A stretch of 64,000 nt of DNA from Candidatus Calditenuaceae archaeon (GTDB taxonomy: Archaea; Thermoproteota; Nitrososphaeria_A; Caldarchaeales; Calditenuaceae). The DNA lies in contig JANXDI010000015.1 of the NCBI GenBank assembly GCA_025059595.1, positions 25,872 through 89,871 on the forward strand, written 5' to 3'. Position 1 is the stretch's first letter. Every line of letters begins with the position of its first letter. The notes beneath the pieces are model-generated. The model was not told the DNA's origin and did not search any database. It saw only the letters and a list, made by a program, of their open reading frames with translations. The position numbers and the translations under genes were made by a program. This document shows, in pieces, positions 1 through 9,235 of the stretch.

Positions 1-11
1 CTATAATTGGA

Positions 12-356
12 TTGGAAGTGGCCTCGCGTATACGTGGAGGCCTGCTGATTCTCAACAGCGTCTCTCTCGCAGTTCTAATGCGGACATCAATTATGGCCGC
101 CGCTACTTTCCTACTATATTACTACCTCTTCCCAAACGTCTATCTGCCCTTCTCGCGGAGAGTTCTCGGCGGAATAGGCATCTCAGTAGAGTCAGACTTG
201 ACGCTAGCGGCAGTCATGGTTGTATTCACGTCAATCTTCAACATCTTACATGTCTTCTTAACAGTCATTCCAGCCTATGCCATCTACAACCGAGTAGTGA
301 TGTCACTTCCTCAACTTCCGACGAGACGACCCGTATTAAGAGGCCAGCCAAGCTGA
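12..356 (+). CDS. hypothetical small membrane protein (about 3 predicted TM helices); it may be a spurious ORF at the window edge
   Basis: Six-frame ORF of 114 aa with hydrophobic segments. I recognise no family, and the upstream context is cut off by the window. Confidence 0.3.
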   Translation: MEVASRIRGGLLILNSVSLAVLMRTSIMAAATFLLYYYLFPNVYLPFSRRVLGGIGISVESDLTLAAVMVVFTSIFNILHVFLTVIPAYAIYNRVVMSLPQLPTRRPVLRGQPS

Positions 357-420
357 CATAGCAATTCACCTTACCCCTCCGCGTAAAAACATAATAGCTG
401 CTCTGCCTTTTTCCTGATTA

Positions 421-476
421 GCGATGATGAGTTTGCCGAGTGCGGATGCGTGAAGAGCCCTGAAGTTATCTGAGCC
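421..476 (+). ncRNA. candidate C/D box sRNA (guide for 2'-O-methylation)
   Basis: There is a perfect C box ATGATGA at 424-430 and a perfect D box CTGA at 470-473. Between them lie a degenerate D' (cgga, 443-446) and a degenerate C' (tgaaga, 451-456), which leaves two spacers of exactly 12 nt (431-442 and 458-469), the canonical archaeal guide length. An A/T-rich TATA-like element (aaaaacataata) sits about 28 bp upstream. The locus is intergenic between ORF 12-356 and dph2. The terminal stem is weak. Confidence 0.4.
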
Positions 477-488
477 GGAAACAAAGGG

Positions 489-1523
489 GTGGTAGACCTG
501 TCAGTCGACTTCGACAAAGAGGCAGCCATGGAGTGGCTGAGAAAGGTATCACCTCGCCGAGTGCTAATTCAGTCGCCGCTCGGCCTTAGAGCCTTGGCTG
601 AGAGGCTTGATAAATTTGTCAAGGAGTGGGGAGCAGAGTCCTTCATTTCCTCGAGCCCGACTTGGGGTGGATGCGATATTGCAGTCGAGGAAGCAAAGAG
701 GGTGGGGGCAGAAGGAATTATACACATAGGGCACGCCCCCTTCCTATCACAGACAGAGCTTCCAGTCCTATACATTGAGGCACGTTACAGAGACTACAAA
801 CCATTAAAGGACATGGTCGAATCCGTAGCGTCTGCTTTAGGAAACCACAAGAGAGTTGGAGTCGGGTTCACTGTACAGTGGCTCGACCATCTCGCAAGGT
901 TCATGAACGACCTGTCAGCCAAAGGGTTCGCGGTCTTAGCCGGAGAGCCTGGCGGTCATCTATCACATAGGGGCCAGATTTTGGGATGCGACTACACCTC
1001 CTTAAAATCCATCGAGCCGCTCGTTGATTGCTTCCTAGTCGTAGGGTCCGTCTTCCATGCTCTTGGAGCGGCACTAGTCTCCGAGAAGCCGACACTCATG
1101 GTTGACCCTCACACACAACGTGTGGAGTGGATGGGTGATAAGGCTAAAAGAATCCTCGCATCGCGATACCACATGATTACAAGGTTCCAAAGAGCTAGAA
1201 GGGTCGCCATCATCGTAAGCCGAAAACCCGGGCAGTATCTGATGGGGCTCGCCCAAAAACTCAAAAAACTATTAAACGACAAGGGCATGGAGGCAGCCAT
1301 CATCGTCTCTGATGAAATAACCACAGAAAACTTGTCAGACTTCAGCTTCGACGCCTACGTAAACACAGCCTGCCCTCGGCTCAGCATCGAAGACCAAGCT
1401 CGCTTCTCAAAACCTCTTCTCCTACCAGTTGAGGTACTCGTAGCCCTAGAAGAGATCAGCTGGGACGAGGTCTTAAGGAACGGCCTCCTCCTAAACATGA
1501 GTCTAAAATCTTCAATCACATGA
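489..1523 (+). CDS. dph2: 2-(3-amino-3-carboxypropyl)histidine synthase (diphthamide biosynthesis, Dph2, radical-SAM-like)
   Basis: 344 aa. It aligns along its whole length with archaeal Dph2 (RVLIQSPLGL, GACD, IHIGHA, GQILGCDY, and the CPRLSIED third-Cys motif). The listed start is GTG, and an alternative ATG lies at 528 (MEWLRK...). Confidence 0.85.
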   Translation: MVDLSVDFDKEAAMEWLRKVSPRRVLIQSPLGLRALAERLDKFVKEWGAESFISSSPTWGGCDIAVEEAKRVGAEGIIHIGHAPFLSQTELPVLYIEARYRDYKPLKDMVESVASALGNHKRVGVGFTVQWLDHLARFMNDLSAKGFAVLAGEPGGHLSHRGQILGCDYTSLKSIEPLVDCFLVVGSVFHALGAALVSEKPTLMVDPHTQRVEWMGDKAKRILASRYHMITRFQRARRVAIIVSRKPGQYLMGLAQKLKKLLNDKGMEAAIIVSDEITTENLSDFSFDAYVNTACPRLSIEDQARFSKPLLLPVEVLVALEEISWDEVLRNGLLLNMSLKSSIT

Positions 1524-1603
1524 GCCCATCAGTCACGAATCTAAACATATTCGAGAACTTAGAGAAAAAAACTTATTTATCATTAAGCATCCGAATTAGC
1601 GGG

Positions 1604-2356
1604 ATGGCGAGGGAAGTCGTTGTAGAGACTGAAGGCTTGAAAAAAGTCTATAAGCTTGGGAAGATAGATGTCATGGCGCTTTCGGGAGTCGACCTAAAGA
1701 TTTATCGCGGTGAGTATATCTCGATAATGGGTCCTTCAGGCTCGGGAAAGACTACTCTTTTCAACATGATAGGCGGCCTCGACAAGCCCACTGAGGGGAC
1801 CGTTTATGTGGACGGTGTCGATATCTCTAAGCTAGACTCCTACGAGCTGGCTTGGCTGAGGAACAGGAAGATTGGATACATTTTCCAGACTTTCAACCTC
1901 ATCCCCACCCTCACGGCGCTGGAGAATGTAATGCTTCCTATGATATTTGCCGGCGTCGCGAGAGAGGATAGGTTTAGGAAGGCTCAGGAGCTCCTTGAGA
2001 CCGTTGGGCTCGGCGACAGGCTGCACCATAGACCCATGGAGCTTTCGGGTGGTCAGCAGCAGAGGGTAGCCATAGCGAGGGCTCTTGCGAACGACCCAAG
2101 CATCGTGCTAGCCGACGAGCCAACAGGAAACCTCGACCTGAGGACAGGGCGGCAGATAATTGACCTGCTGAAACAGCTTAACCTCGAGAGGAAAGTTACA
2201 GTAATTGCAGCCACTCATGACTTGAAGATGATTGATGTCTCCGACCGTATCCTTTGGATACGCGACGGTAAGATTGAGAGAGAGGAGCAGAGAGAGGCTG
2301 TGAGAGTCAGAGTTGGCGAAATAGAGGTCGGAGAGGGTCAGGAGGACCAAAAATAG
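1604..2356 (+). CDS. ABC transporter ATP-binding protein, MacB/LolD-type (partner of FtsX-like permeases)
   Basis: It carries Walker A GPSGSGKTT, the signature LSGGQQQRVAIARAL and Walker B ILLADEPT. The listed ORF starts at 1520, but family N-termini and an A/T-rich box (ttatttatcattaa, about 1574-1587) favour the ATG at 1604. Confidence 0.85.
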   Translation: MAREVVVETEGLKKVYKLGKIDVMALSGVDLKIYRGEYISIMGPSGSGKTTLFNMIGGLDKPTEGTVYVDGVDISKLDSYELAWLRNRKIGYIFQTFNLIPTLTALENVMLPMIFAGVAREDRFRKAQELLETVGLGDRLHHRPMELSGGQQQRVAIARALANDPSIVLADEPTGNLDLRTGRQIIDLLKQLNLERKVTVIAATHDLKMIDVSDRILWIRDGKIEREEQREAVRVRVGEIEVGEGQEDQK

Positions 2357-2383
2357 CAGTTGAAGCCATAGCGGGTTTCGGCA

Positions 2384-3727
2384 TCATCTGTGGCGATGTG
2401 TGTATAATATCAAGAACAAGAGTATGTTGGATAGTGCTACACCAGCGTAAGCGGCTAAGTCAATAGGAACCAAGCGGGCTAAGAGAAATGCGAGTCCGGA
2501 ACATAGAAGGGGATAGACGCGTCTCATTCCCTTTTCGGGGAATGTGTCTGGATATGGAACTATGAAGAATGCTAAAAATCCGAAAAGCGGATTTGTTAGA
2601 TACTTGAAGGCTGCTGAGGAAAATAGTAAGATAGCCTCAGGCGGTGTTAATTCGAGATGGGTCAACTGCTCGGGAATGAAGAGTGTCATCCATGAGAAGA
2701 TATAGAGTAGAACTATGTCCATGGATTTACTTAAGGCGGCCCTCGCAAACCCTAATAGTAGAAATATTGTAAAGAATGTGTAGAGGTTGTATGCTCCCCA
2801 CCGTGAAGCTGCGAGTGAAGGTGAAGAGATGATAAGTAAAAGAGTCATCGAGATCGCTATGTGGTTCAGCCTCGGCCCACCCTCAAGCTTAAAAATTCTC
2901 GATGAGAGTAAGCTAAATAGGACCAGAAAAACTGCACTCACATAAGACATGCTTAGCGACATGGAGGCCAGTATTGCCACTGCGACCCCGTCCAGCAAAT
3001 TCTCAACCAGCCTGCCCTCAAAAATCGAGAAGAAGAAGGATAGCCCAACAGCCGTAAATAGAGTAACGCCGAAGACGTATACGTCGAGGCTGTAGCCTGT
3101 AATGACTCCGTAAGCGAGGATGGGAACCAGCATCACCGCGGGTGACTCGAGATATAACAGCCATGCTTCTCTATCGCTCTTAGATTCAAAAGCCGTCTTT
3201 AAGAGCTGGCCGAGCGTGCCGCTCCGGAGAAGTAGGAGAACTAGCGGGAGGTAAGCCGCGATATTTAGGAAAAAGTGAAGATGTATCATGTTGAAGAGTT
3301 TGCCTATTATTCCTGTGCAGGGCGTACAGCCAGTTGTTAGGAACTGCTGCATGCGTACTGAGTGTTCAATCACGTGATAGGACTGGATCGCGAACCCCGC
3401 GATGAATAACGCGGAAACAACTTTATGCCCACCCCAACTCGTCGTAGACCAGAACCTCAGCCTTACGAAAATAATGACGAGAAAGACAAGATAGAGCGAG
3501 TTAAAGAGGAAGTGGTTCCACTCTAGGTCCAAGAAGAATAAGAGACCATTTGCTAGTTTAGGCGGCAATCCTAGGACCATATGCTGGTAAAGCTGGACAC
3601 TGTGTTCAAGCATGTGTAGGGTCTGCGCAACGAAGGCCGTTAACGCAACAACGTAGGCGACATGATCTTGGTGAAGAGAGGTAGTGATAGGACTGTATGT
3701 TTGAGCATCAGCAAATTTATCCTTCAT
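2384..3727 (-). CDS. polytopic integral membrane protein, unknown family
   Basis: 447 aa with at least 10 hydrophobic helices. It is the last gene of a minus-strand overlap-coupled gene string and overlaps the upstream gene by 11 bp. Confidence 0.55.
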   Translation of the reverse strand: MKDKFADAQTYSPITTSLHQDHVAYVVALTAFVAQTLHMLEHSVQLYQHMVLGLPPKLANGLLFFLDLEWNHFLFNSLYLVFLVIIFVRLRFWSTTSWGGHKVVSALFIAGFAIQSYHVIEHSVRMQQFLTTGCTPCTGIIGKLFNMIHLHFFLNIAAYLPLVLLLLRSGTLGQLLKTAFESKSDREAWLLYLESPAVMLVPILAYGVITGYSLDVYVFGVTLFTAVGLSFFFSIFEGRLVENLLDGVAVAILASMSLSMSYVSAVFLVLFSLLSSRIFKLEGGPRLNHIAISMTLLLIISSPSLAASRWGAYNLYTFFTIFLLLGFARAALSKSMDIVLLYIFSWMTLFIPEQLTHLELTPPEAILLFSSAAFKYLTNPLFGFLAFFIVPYPDTFPEKGMRRVYPLLCSGLAFLLARLVPIDLAAYAGVALSNILLFLILYTHRHR

Positions 3728-5384
3728 GCTCCAACAGACCTCCCGACACGCGGCACCCCCCTTGTTCGACGATATATACCACGCTGTTAACTGGTAAATC
3801 TCTGTATTCTTCGACTACGCCACTGGGCCAAAAGACCGTCAACCTGTCTATCTTACCGGCTCTTCCAAGGCCGAAGTACAGCCACGGGCCGTTATCAGAT
3901 AGGAACGAGATACCCTTCGCCACAGATTGTCTATAGACTTTCCCAACGGCCTCTATCTCAACGACCGCTCCCACTGCATCCCTGCTCGTCCTAAAGCCGC
4001 ATAAGCCGCAGAGCCAAGTGGTACCCTCAAGCCTGACTTGTACCCATCTGTTCTCAGTTTTGTTTGAAAGCACGTTCTTGTATAATATGGGGTAGCCTAA
4101 GAGGTCATAAATAAGGAGGTCCACGCCGCCGTCGAGATCTAAGTCAACACACGCTAGCCCTCTGGCGTTTCCATGTCTCGCGAGCCCCGAGTGCCACGTG
4201 GCGTCGTAGAAGAAAGGCCCGATATTGTAGAACAGTTTGTTTATCTGGTTTACGGGCCTGTCGGTCCTGACGCCTATCTTTCCATTAGCCATCACGACGT
4301 CGAGTAATCCGTTATTGTCGATGTCCACGATGCATACTCCCCATCCGACTTGATATGGATCGGAAATCCTCAGTCTAGGTGCAACGTCTGTGAAGTAATC
4401 TCCCGTATACTTTAGCAATAGATTATCGTCATAATTCGTTACAGCTATCTCCCAATATCCATCAAAATCCAAATCTCCGTATGCAACACCCATCCATTGA
4501 CCGACCCTTTCCACACCCGTGAGTGATGAGACTCTTGTGAATTTCTCCCCGCCCTCGTTCTTATAAAGCCTAGTATATCCGAAATCGTTTGCGAGGAATA
4601 AGTCGGGGAATCTGTCACCATCATAGTCTAGGAACACGGGCTGGAAGGTATAGCCGTAGTCGACAACACCGTAGTCTTCCGCCATTTCCGTGAAGCTTCC
4701 GTCGCAGTTGTTGATGAAGAGCTGGTTACCTGCACCTTGACCGAAAATAGAGCCCTCCCTCACAGAGCGGAGATTTATGTAATATCCCACATAAAGGTCT
4801 AAGCACCCATCCCTATTCACGTCTGCCCAAGCAGTTCCTGCGGCGTATTTTCCCCGACTAATCGCAAGGCCCGCCTCCTGAGTCACATCCTTGAAAGACC
4901 CGTTACCCAAATTCTTCAGCAACATAACGTTACCGGTAGGCAAGTCATAAAAAGTCAGGAGGAGAGATGGATACCCGCTGTTATCGTAATCCGCCCAAGT
5001 ACATGACATCCCTCTTTTACCAAGAATTTCATCCATCATCAAGCCAACCTCAACTGTCACATCGGTGAATCTGAAGGAATCATCATTTCGGAAAAGCCTG
5101 CCCGGGAGATTCCATCCCATAACGTACACATCTAAATCGCCGTCTCTATCGTAATCTCCCCAGCAAATTCCACCACCGGGGATCCAGACCACTTCTGGGT
5201 CTCTGACAACCTCGACATAGAGCCCTGACTCCTTCGTCGCGTCAACAAAATACGGCTTATCAGCTGGAAGATATATGTGAGAGGCCTGGTTGAAAAAGGT
5301 TGCGCCAGTTGTGGTGAGCCAGTAAACGATTAAGGTGAGAGAAAAAGCTAGTGCATAAATCTTGTTTATCTTAGGTCTGCTCAA
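3717..5384 (-). CDS. secreted or membrane-anchored FG-GAP repeat protein with a C-terminal ASPIC/UnbV-like domain (CRTAC1-like)
   Basis: 555 aa. An N-terminal hydrophobic anchor is followed by several FG-GAP/VCBS-like Ca-binding repeats (DYDRDGDLDVYV, DVNRDGCLDLYV, DYDGDRFPDLFL, DLDFDGYWEIAV, DIDNNGLLDVV, DLDLDGGVDLL). The C-terminal stretch resembles ASPIC/UnbV. Confidence 0.7.
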   Translation of the reverse strand: MSRPKINKIYALAFSLTLIVYWLTTTGATFFNQASHIYLPADKPYFVDATKESGLYVEVVRDPEVVWIPGGGICWGDYDRDGDLDVYVMGWNLPGRLFRNDDSFRFTDVTVEVGLMMDEILGKRGMSCTWADYDNSGYPSLLLTFYDLPTGNVMLLKNLGNGSFKDVTQEAGLAISRGKYAAGTAWADVNRDGCLDLYVGYYINLRSVREGSIFGQGAGNQLFINNCDGSFTEMAEDYGVVDYGYTFQPVFLDYDGDRFPDLFLANDFGYTRLYKNEGGEKFTRVSSLTGVERVGQWMGVAYGDLDFDGYWEIAVTNYDDNLLLKYTGDYFTDVAPRLRISDPYQVGWGVCIVDIDNNGLLDVVMANGKIGVRTDRPVNQINKLFYNIGPFFYDATWHSGLARHGNARGLACVDLDLDGGVDLLIYDLLGYPILYKNVLSNKTENRWVQVRLEGTTWLCGLCGFRTSRDAVGAVVEIEAVGKVYRQSVAKGISFLSDNGPWLYFGLGRAGKIDRLTVFWPSGVVEEYRDLPVNSVVYIVEQGGCRVSGGLLEHEG

Positions 5385-6367
5385 ACCTCTATTATCCTAC
5401 CGGAATTATGGGACTCGTTCGCTCTTATAGTGAGTTCTAAAGTCTTGTATGCGTCCGAGTATGGTGAGAGTATTCCGGAGGTGTCACCACTTTTAACAGC
5501 CTCAAAGAATACCCTGAGCTCCTCAAGGTAGGGATCAACAACACTTCTCACATCCTCCACCCTGTTATTCCTATAGAAGACCGCTCTTCTCTGATGCCCC
5601 ACTATGTCCACAACCAAATCTCTAGCGAATATCCTTACAAAAGTCTCCTGCAGTGTATTTGCACTTCTCCAAGTTGCCACAACCGTCGAAGCCACTCCAC
5701 TCTTGTGCCTGATCGTGATGACGGATGAGTCCTCGACATCGGAGGTCCCGTCCTTGGAGAGCCTCCTCTCAAGCCGCGCAAAGACCGAAACTGCTTCACC
5801 TGCAAAGTATCTTATAAGGTCGATGGTGTGTGTCGCCTGCTCGATTATCTGCCCACCGCTCAGGGACTTCTTAAGCCACCAGTGACCTGGTGGGAAGTTC
5901 GCCGCCCAAACATATTGGCCATAAATCATCCCGATGCTATCCGGGCTCGGTAACTCTTTCTTTGCAAGCTGAACCACGTCAAGGTATCTCCACATATATC
6001 CGACACTGTTTACTACTCCTGTCTTCTCGATTTTCCTGAGAATTCTTGAGGCGAGGTCCAAGTCTATGGCTATCGGCTTCTCGATGAAAAGGTGAACTCC
6101 GTAGTCGAGCAACTCCTCCTCAAACCCATGCGCATTGGGTGGAACCGCGATTATCGCCGCTTCTGGACGAAGCTCAGCCACGGCTTTGACAGGGTCGGTA
6201 TACACGCTGCACCCAAACCTGTCTGCGAAATCCTCAGCTCTCTCCTTCACAACATCTACACACCCGACCACGCGGGCCAAATCTCTCAAGGGAGAAAGAC
6301 ATCTTGCATGGACATTCATTATTCCGCCACATCCAATTAGAACAACCGATACCTGTGCCATACCCAA
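5381..6367 (-). CDS. Gfo/Idh/MocA family NAD(P)-dependent oxidoreductase (myo-inositol or sugar dehydrogenase-like)
   Basis: 328 aa. It has an N-terminal Rossmann motif VVLIGCGGIMNVHAR and the EKP motif (IEKPIA). It overlaps the downstream gene by 4 bp. Confidence 0.85.
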   Translation of the reverse strand: MGMAQVSVVLIGCGGIMNVHARCLSPLRDLARVVGCVDVVKERAEDFADRFGCSVYTDPVKAVAELRPEAAIIAVPPNAHGFEEELLDYGVHLFIEKPIAIDLDLASRILRKIEKTGVVNSVGYMWRYLDVVQLAKKELPSPDSIGMIYGQYVWAANFPPGHWWLKKSLSGGQIIEQATHTIDLIRYFAGEAVSVFARLERRLSKDGTSDVEDSSVITIRHKSGVASTVVATWRSANTLQETFVRIFARDLVVDIVGHQRRAVFYRNNRVEDVRSVVDPYLEELRVFFEAVKSGDTSGILSPYSDAYKTLELTIRANESHNSGRIIEV

Positions 6368-6370
6368 ACA

Positions 6371-7159
6371 TCACCTGTAGCGAGAAATAAATTCTACGAA
6401 TTTACGGAGCTCCGAGAGGGGGTCACCGGGAATTCTACACTCTAGGGAAAAATACTTGTCATATCCCTTGGAAAGTAGCGTTCTAATGGGTGTGAAATCT
6501 GTATGCCCGTATCCTGGAAGAACCCGGTTGCTGTCGGCTAAATGGACATGAACTATGTATTTCGAGGCCTTTAAGAGTGCCTCGGAGACGTTACTCTCCT
6601 CAATGTTCATGTGGAAGAAATCTGCCATCAGCCTCAGACCTGCCGAGCCAACCTCTTCGACTATCTCCAAGCCTTGCTCAAGCCTGTTTATGAGGTGCGT
6701 CTCATATCTGTTCAGGGGTTCGAGAATCGCGCAGACACCTTGGTTCTCCCCCTCCTTTGCCAAGACTTTACATTCAGAGACGAGCAACCTCTTCTCCAAG
6801 TCAACGACACTAGGGTATAGTGGTGAGAGGTCGGGAAGCTTAGGTCCTCCAAAGGTTGGGACAAAAATGACTCCCACCGCACCTATTTCGCTCGCCCACT
6901 TAAGCCTCTGAATTATCCCTTCAATCGCTTCCTGCCGCATCTTAGTTTCGGGGCTCAACAGGTCTCCCCCATAACCGGCGCAGATAACTGAAGGCCTCAC
7001 CTTATATGACGCGAACGCCTCTTTCACTTCTCTGATTTTCTCGCCGAGCTGCTGCCTCCCCCAAAGCTCTATTCCAACGAAACCAAGCTTTTCGAGGTTT
7101 TCAAGCTTCTTAGATAGCGTATCGCCAGGCACTAAATGATCTTGACACGAAAGATTCAC
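6371..7159 (-). CDS. sugar phosphate isomerase/epimerase (xylose isomerase-like TIM barrel; IolI/IolE-like)
   Basis: 262 aa with xylose-isomerase-like TIM barrel features (GFVGIEL, metal-binding His/Glu/Asp pattern, HVHLADSNR). Confidence 0.8.
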   Translation of the reverse strand: MNLSCQDHLVPGDTLSKKLENLEKLGFVGIELWGRQQLGEKIREVKEAFASYKVRPSVICAGYGGDLLSPETKMRQEAIEGIIQRLKWASEIGAVGVIFVPTFGGPKLPDLSPLYPSVVDLEKRLLVSECKVLAKEGENQGVCAILEPLNRYETHLINRLEQGLEIVEEVGSAGLRLMADFFHMNIEESNVSEALLKASKYIVHVHLADSNRVLPGYGHTDFTPIRTLLSKGYDKYFSLECRIPGDPLSELRKFVEFISRYR

Positions 7160-7197
7160 GCCAGCAAACTATTAAGTCTTAGATATAATAGTTTCAG

Positions 7198-9105
7198 CTA
7201 CCACGGCCAAACCCAAGAAGCCTTCGTAAGCAGAGTTAAGGAGATGCCGACTCCAACCGTGATTCCCAAGCCTGAGAAGAAGCCAGCGATGAAGAAGTTT
7301 TTAGTAGCCTCCCACCTCTCCCTGCCAAATGACCTAGAAATTATTAGATTAGCGAGAAGCGACCCGATTAGTATCGTCAGAGCGTAGGGTGGCAGTATGA
7401 AGAATCCGAGAGCTATTGGGAATGTGGGGAAGGCTATTCCGATTTTCGGCAATACTGCTTCGAGCGAAACTATGCCGAGAGTTATTAGGGCACCTAAGCC
7501 AAGATGCTCAGGTATTACGGCGATTTGTCTCGTAGCGAAGAGGCTGTCGTTGGTGGCGTATATCGGCCAGTATATCATCGTGATTGGGTAGACGTTGGAC
7601 GGTATAGGCGATAGCCTCCAGAAGAAGTCCATGGCTATCAATCCAACTATGCCCACCAGCGCGAACGCGGCCGCAACCCCTATGAAATAGTGAGTTGGCC
7701 GCGTGGATGTGAGATAACTTACTTTACCGAGCTGTGTAAGGTATCCCGTGTATCCAAGGTTGATATATGGTGCGTAAACCCATCCGGCATACCCCTGATA
7801 GGGGGTGAAATAGACGATAACCTGCCACGGCCACGGAATCGCAGGGAAGTAACCGACCTCTCCAAGCGACCTAGCGGCGACCATCGCTATGAAGAAGCTT
7901 AATCCAAGAGAGGTGACGAGCGCAACCCAAAGGGGGAATCCCGGAACTAATACCATGAAGAGGACAACCGAGCCCAGAGAGGCGAACAGGAATAGAATCA
8001 GTGAGAATCTCAAAGGCAGGTCAGACTCGCTTGGCCGAATTATTGCCGATGCGAAAAGCCTAAGACTTCTGGCAAAGGTCTTGCGGTAGGCAAGTATTAA
8101 GGCTAGGGCTATTCCAATAATAAAGCCGAACTGAGGGCTAATCCACACTCTCTGGAAAGACCTCTGATAGATGGAGCCGATGGTCATCCCTTTGTAATAC
8201 TCTGAAAACCAGACGGGAAAGAAGTCTGGAACTGAAGTGAATATCGTGTTGGCCACAATCCAGATTGCGGAGGAGCCTATTAGAGTTGATACCGCCACCT
8301 TAATTGGCAACACCATCCCGAGGCCGAGCGTAAACGGGTCTGTTGCGATTCCAACGAGCGCACCTGGAATGTATTTTTCAGTCAGCCAGACGAAGTCAAA
8401 CCAAGGGATTGGGAGAAGTGGGACTCCGAGCAGGAAACCGGCGTAAGTCATGAAAGCGTATATGACGCCCGTGATTATTCCAAGTATGTATAATGACATC
8501 TGTTGCTCCTTTCTCTCTATGAGGACTCTTATCAAAGAGGCCTCCACATGTGCTAGAGGAAATCGCAGCTTCTCCTCCTTAACGAACATGTACGTGAACA
8601 TGATTGCAAGACCGATCTCCGCCACGGCGAACAACGCAAACGTCAATCCAGTCACGATTAGCCCCATTGCCCAATCAGGATGAAGAAGGGTTCTAAGCTG
8701 ATATACTGGCGAAAAAGTGGGTGGAGCCAGCCAAGTTGGGACCAACTGGTTTATCGGCACTCCATCGATCAAGAAATACTGCGTAATCGGGGTCGTCACG
8801 TAAAATGTCCTAAAAACTAACCAGTAGTAAGGGGGCAGAGTAGATGACATGATGGCGACGCTGCTGTATATGACAAATAGCTCCTGCTTCCTGAGAGGTA
8901 CTCCGAAGAACCTCGTCAACTCGGAGAAAAGAATGGCTATTATTGTAACAGCTATGGCTGGTGAAAGAGCCCCAGAAATCAAGTTCAGGTACAGAGAGAC
9001 TGGAATGAAAAGAACGGCCGCGGTCAATATGGCCAAAACCACCCTCCATGATAAGCCATATTCGAGAGCCTCAACCGGTGGAATTTCCTCTAGCCTAGTC
9101 ACCAA
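7198..9105 (-). CDS. large polytopic membrane protein, unknown family (about 14 TM)
   Basis: 635 aa, rich in aromatic and Pro residues and highly hydrophobic. It is transcribed divergently from a second large membrane protein and is the first gene of the minus-strand gene string. Confidence 0.55.
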   Translation of the reverse strand: MVTRLEEIPPVEALEYGLSWRVVLAILTAAVLFIPVSLYLNLISGALSPAIAVTIIAILFSELTRFFGVPLRKQELFVIYSSVAIMSSTLPPYYWLVFRTFYVTTPITQYFLIDGVPINQLVPTWLAPPTFSPVYQLRTLLHPDWAMGLIVTGLTFALFAVAEIGLAIMFTYMFVKEEKLRFPLAHVEASLIRVLIERKEQQMSLYILGIITGVIYAFMTYAGFLLGVPLLPIPWFDFVWLTEKYIPGALVGIATDPFTLGLGMVLPIKVAVSTLIGSSAIWIVANTIFTSVPDFFPVWFSEYYKGMTIGSIYQRSFQRVWISPQFGFIIGIALALILAYRKTFARSLRLFASAIIRPSESDLPLRFSLILFLFASLGSVVLFMVLVPGFPLWVALVTSLGLSFFIAMVAARSLGEVGYFPAIPWPWQVIVYFTPYQGYAGWVYAPYINLGYTGYLTQLGKVSYLTSTRPTHYFIGVAAAFALVGIVGLIAMDFFWRLSPIPSNVYPITMIYWPIYATNDSLFATRQIAVIPEHLGLGALITLGIVSLEAVLPKIGIAFPTFPIALGFFILPPYALTILIGSLLANLIISRSFGRERWEATKNFFIAGFFSGLGITVGVGISLTLLTKASWVWPW

Positions 9106-9170
9106 TCCGAATACATCCTAATTGACTTCGACCAATTATTAAGTTTCTCTCTAATGACATAAAATCAGCG

Positions 9171-9207
9171 GCGTCCGGGAGCGTCCGGGACAAAAAAGTA
9201 TATATAA
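9171..9207. promoter_or_regulatory. shared divergent promoter: a tandem 10-bp direct repeat (gcgtccggga x2, 9171-9190) immediately upstream of a TATA box (tatatataa, 9199-9207) for the gene starting at 9236
   Basis: The two repeat copies are exactly adjacent. The TATA box is about 30 bp upstream of the ATG at 9236, which suggests a leaderless transcript. A second A/T-rich box (ccaattattaag, about 9131-9142) is positioned for the minus-strand gene starting at 9105. Confidence 0.4.
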
Positions 9208-9235
9208 GAGCATAACGATTGGTACACCGAAAAAC

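Noticed and set aside
9171-9190. The tandem repeat as a possible CRISPR or minisatellite
   Set aside because: There are only two 10-bp copies with no spacers. It is located in a promoter, so it is better explained as a regulatory site.
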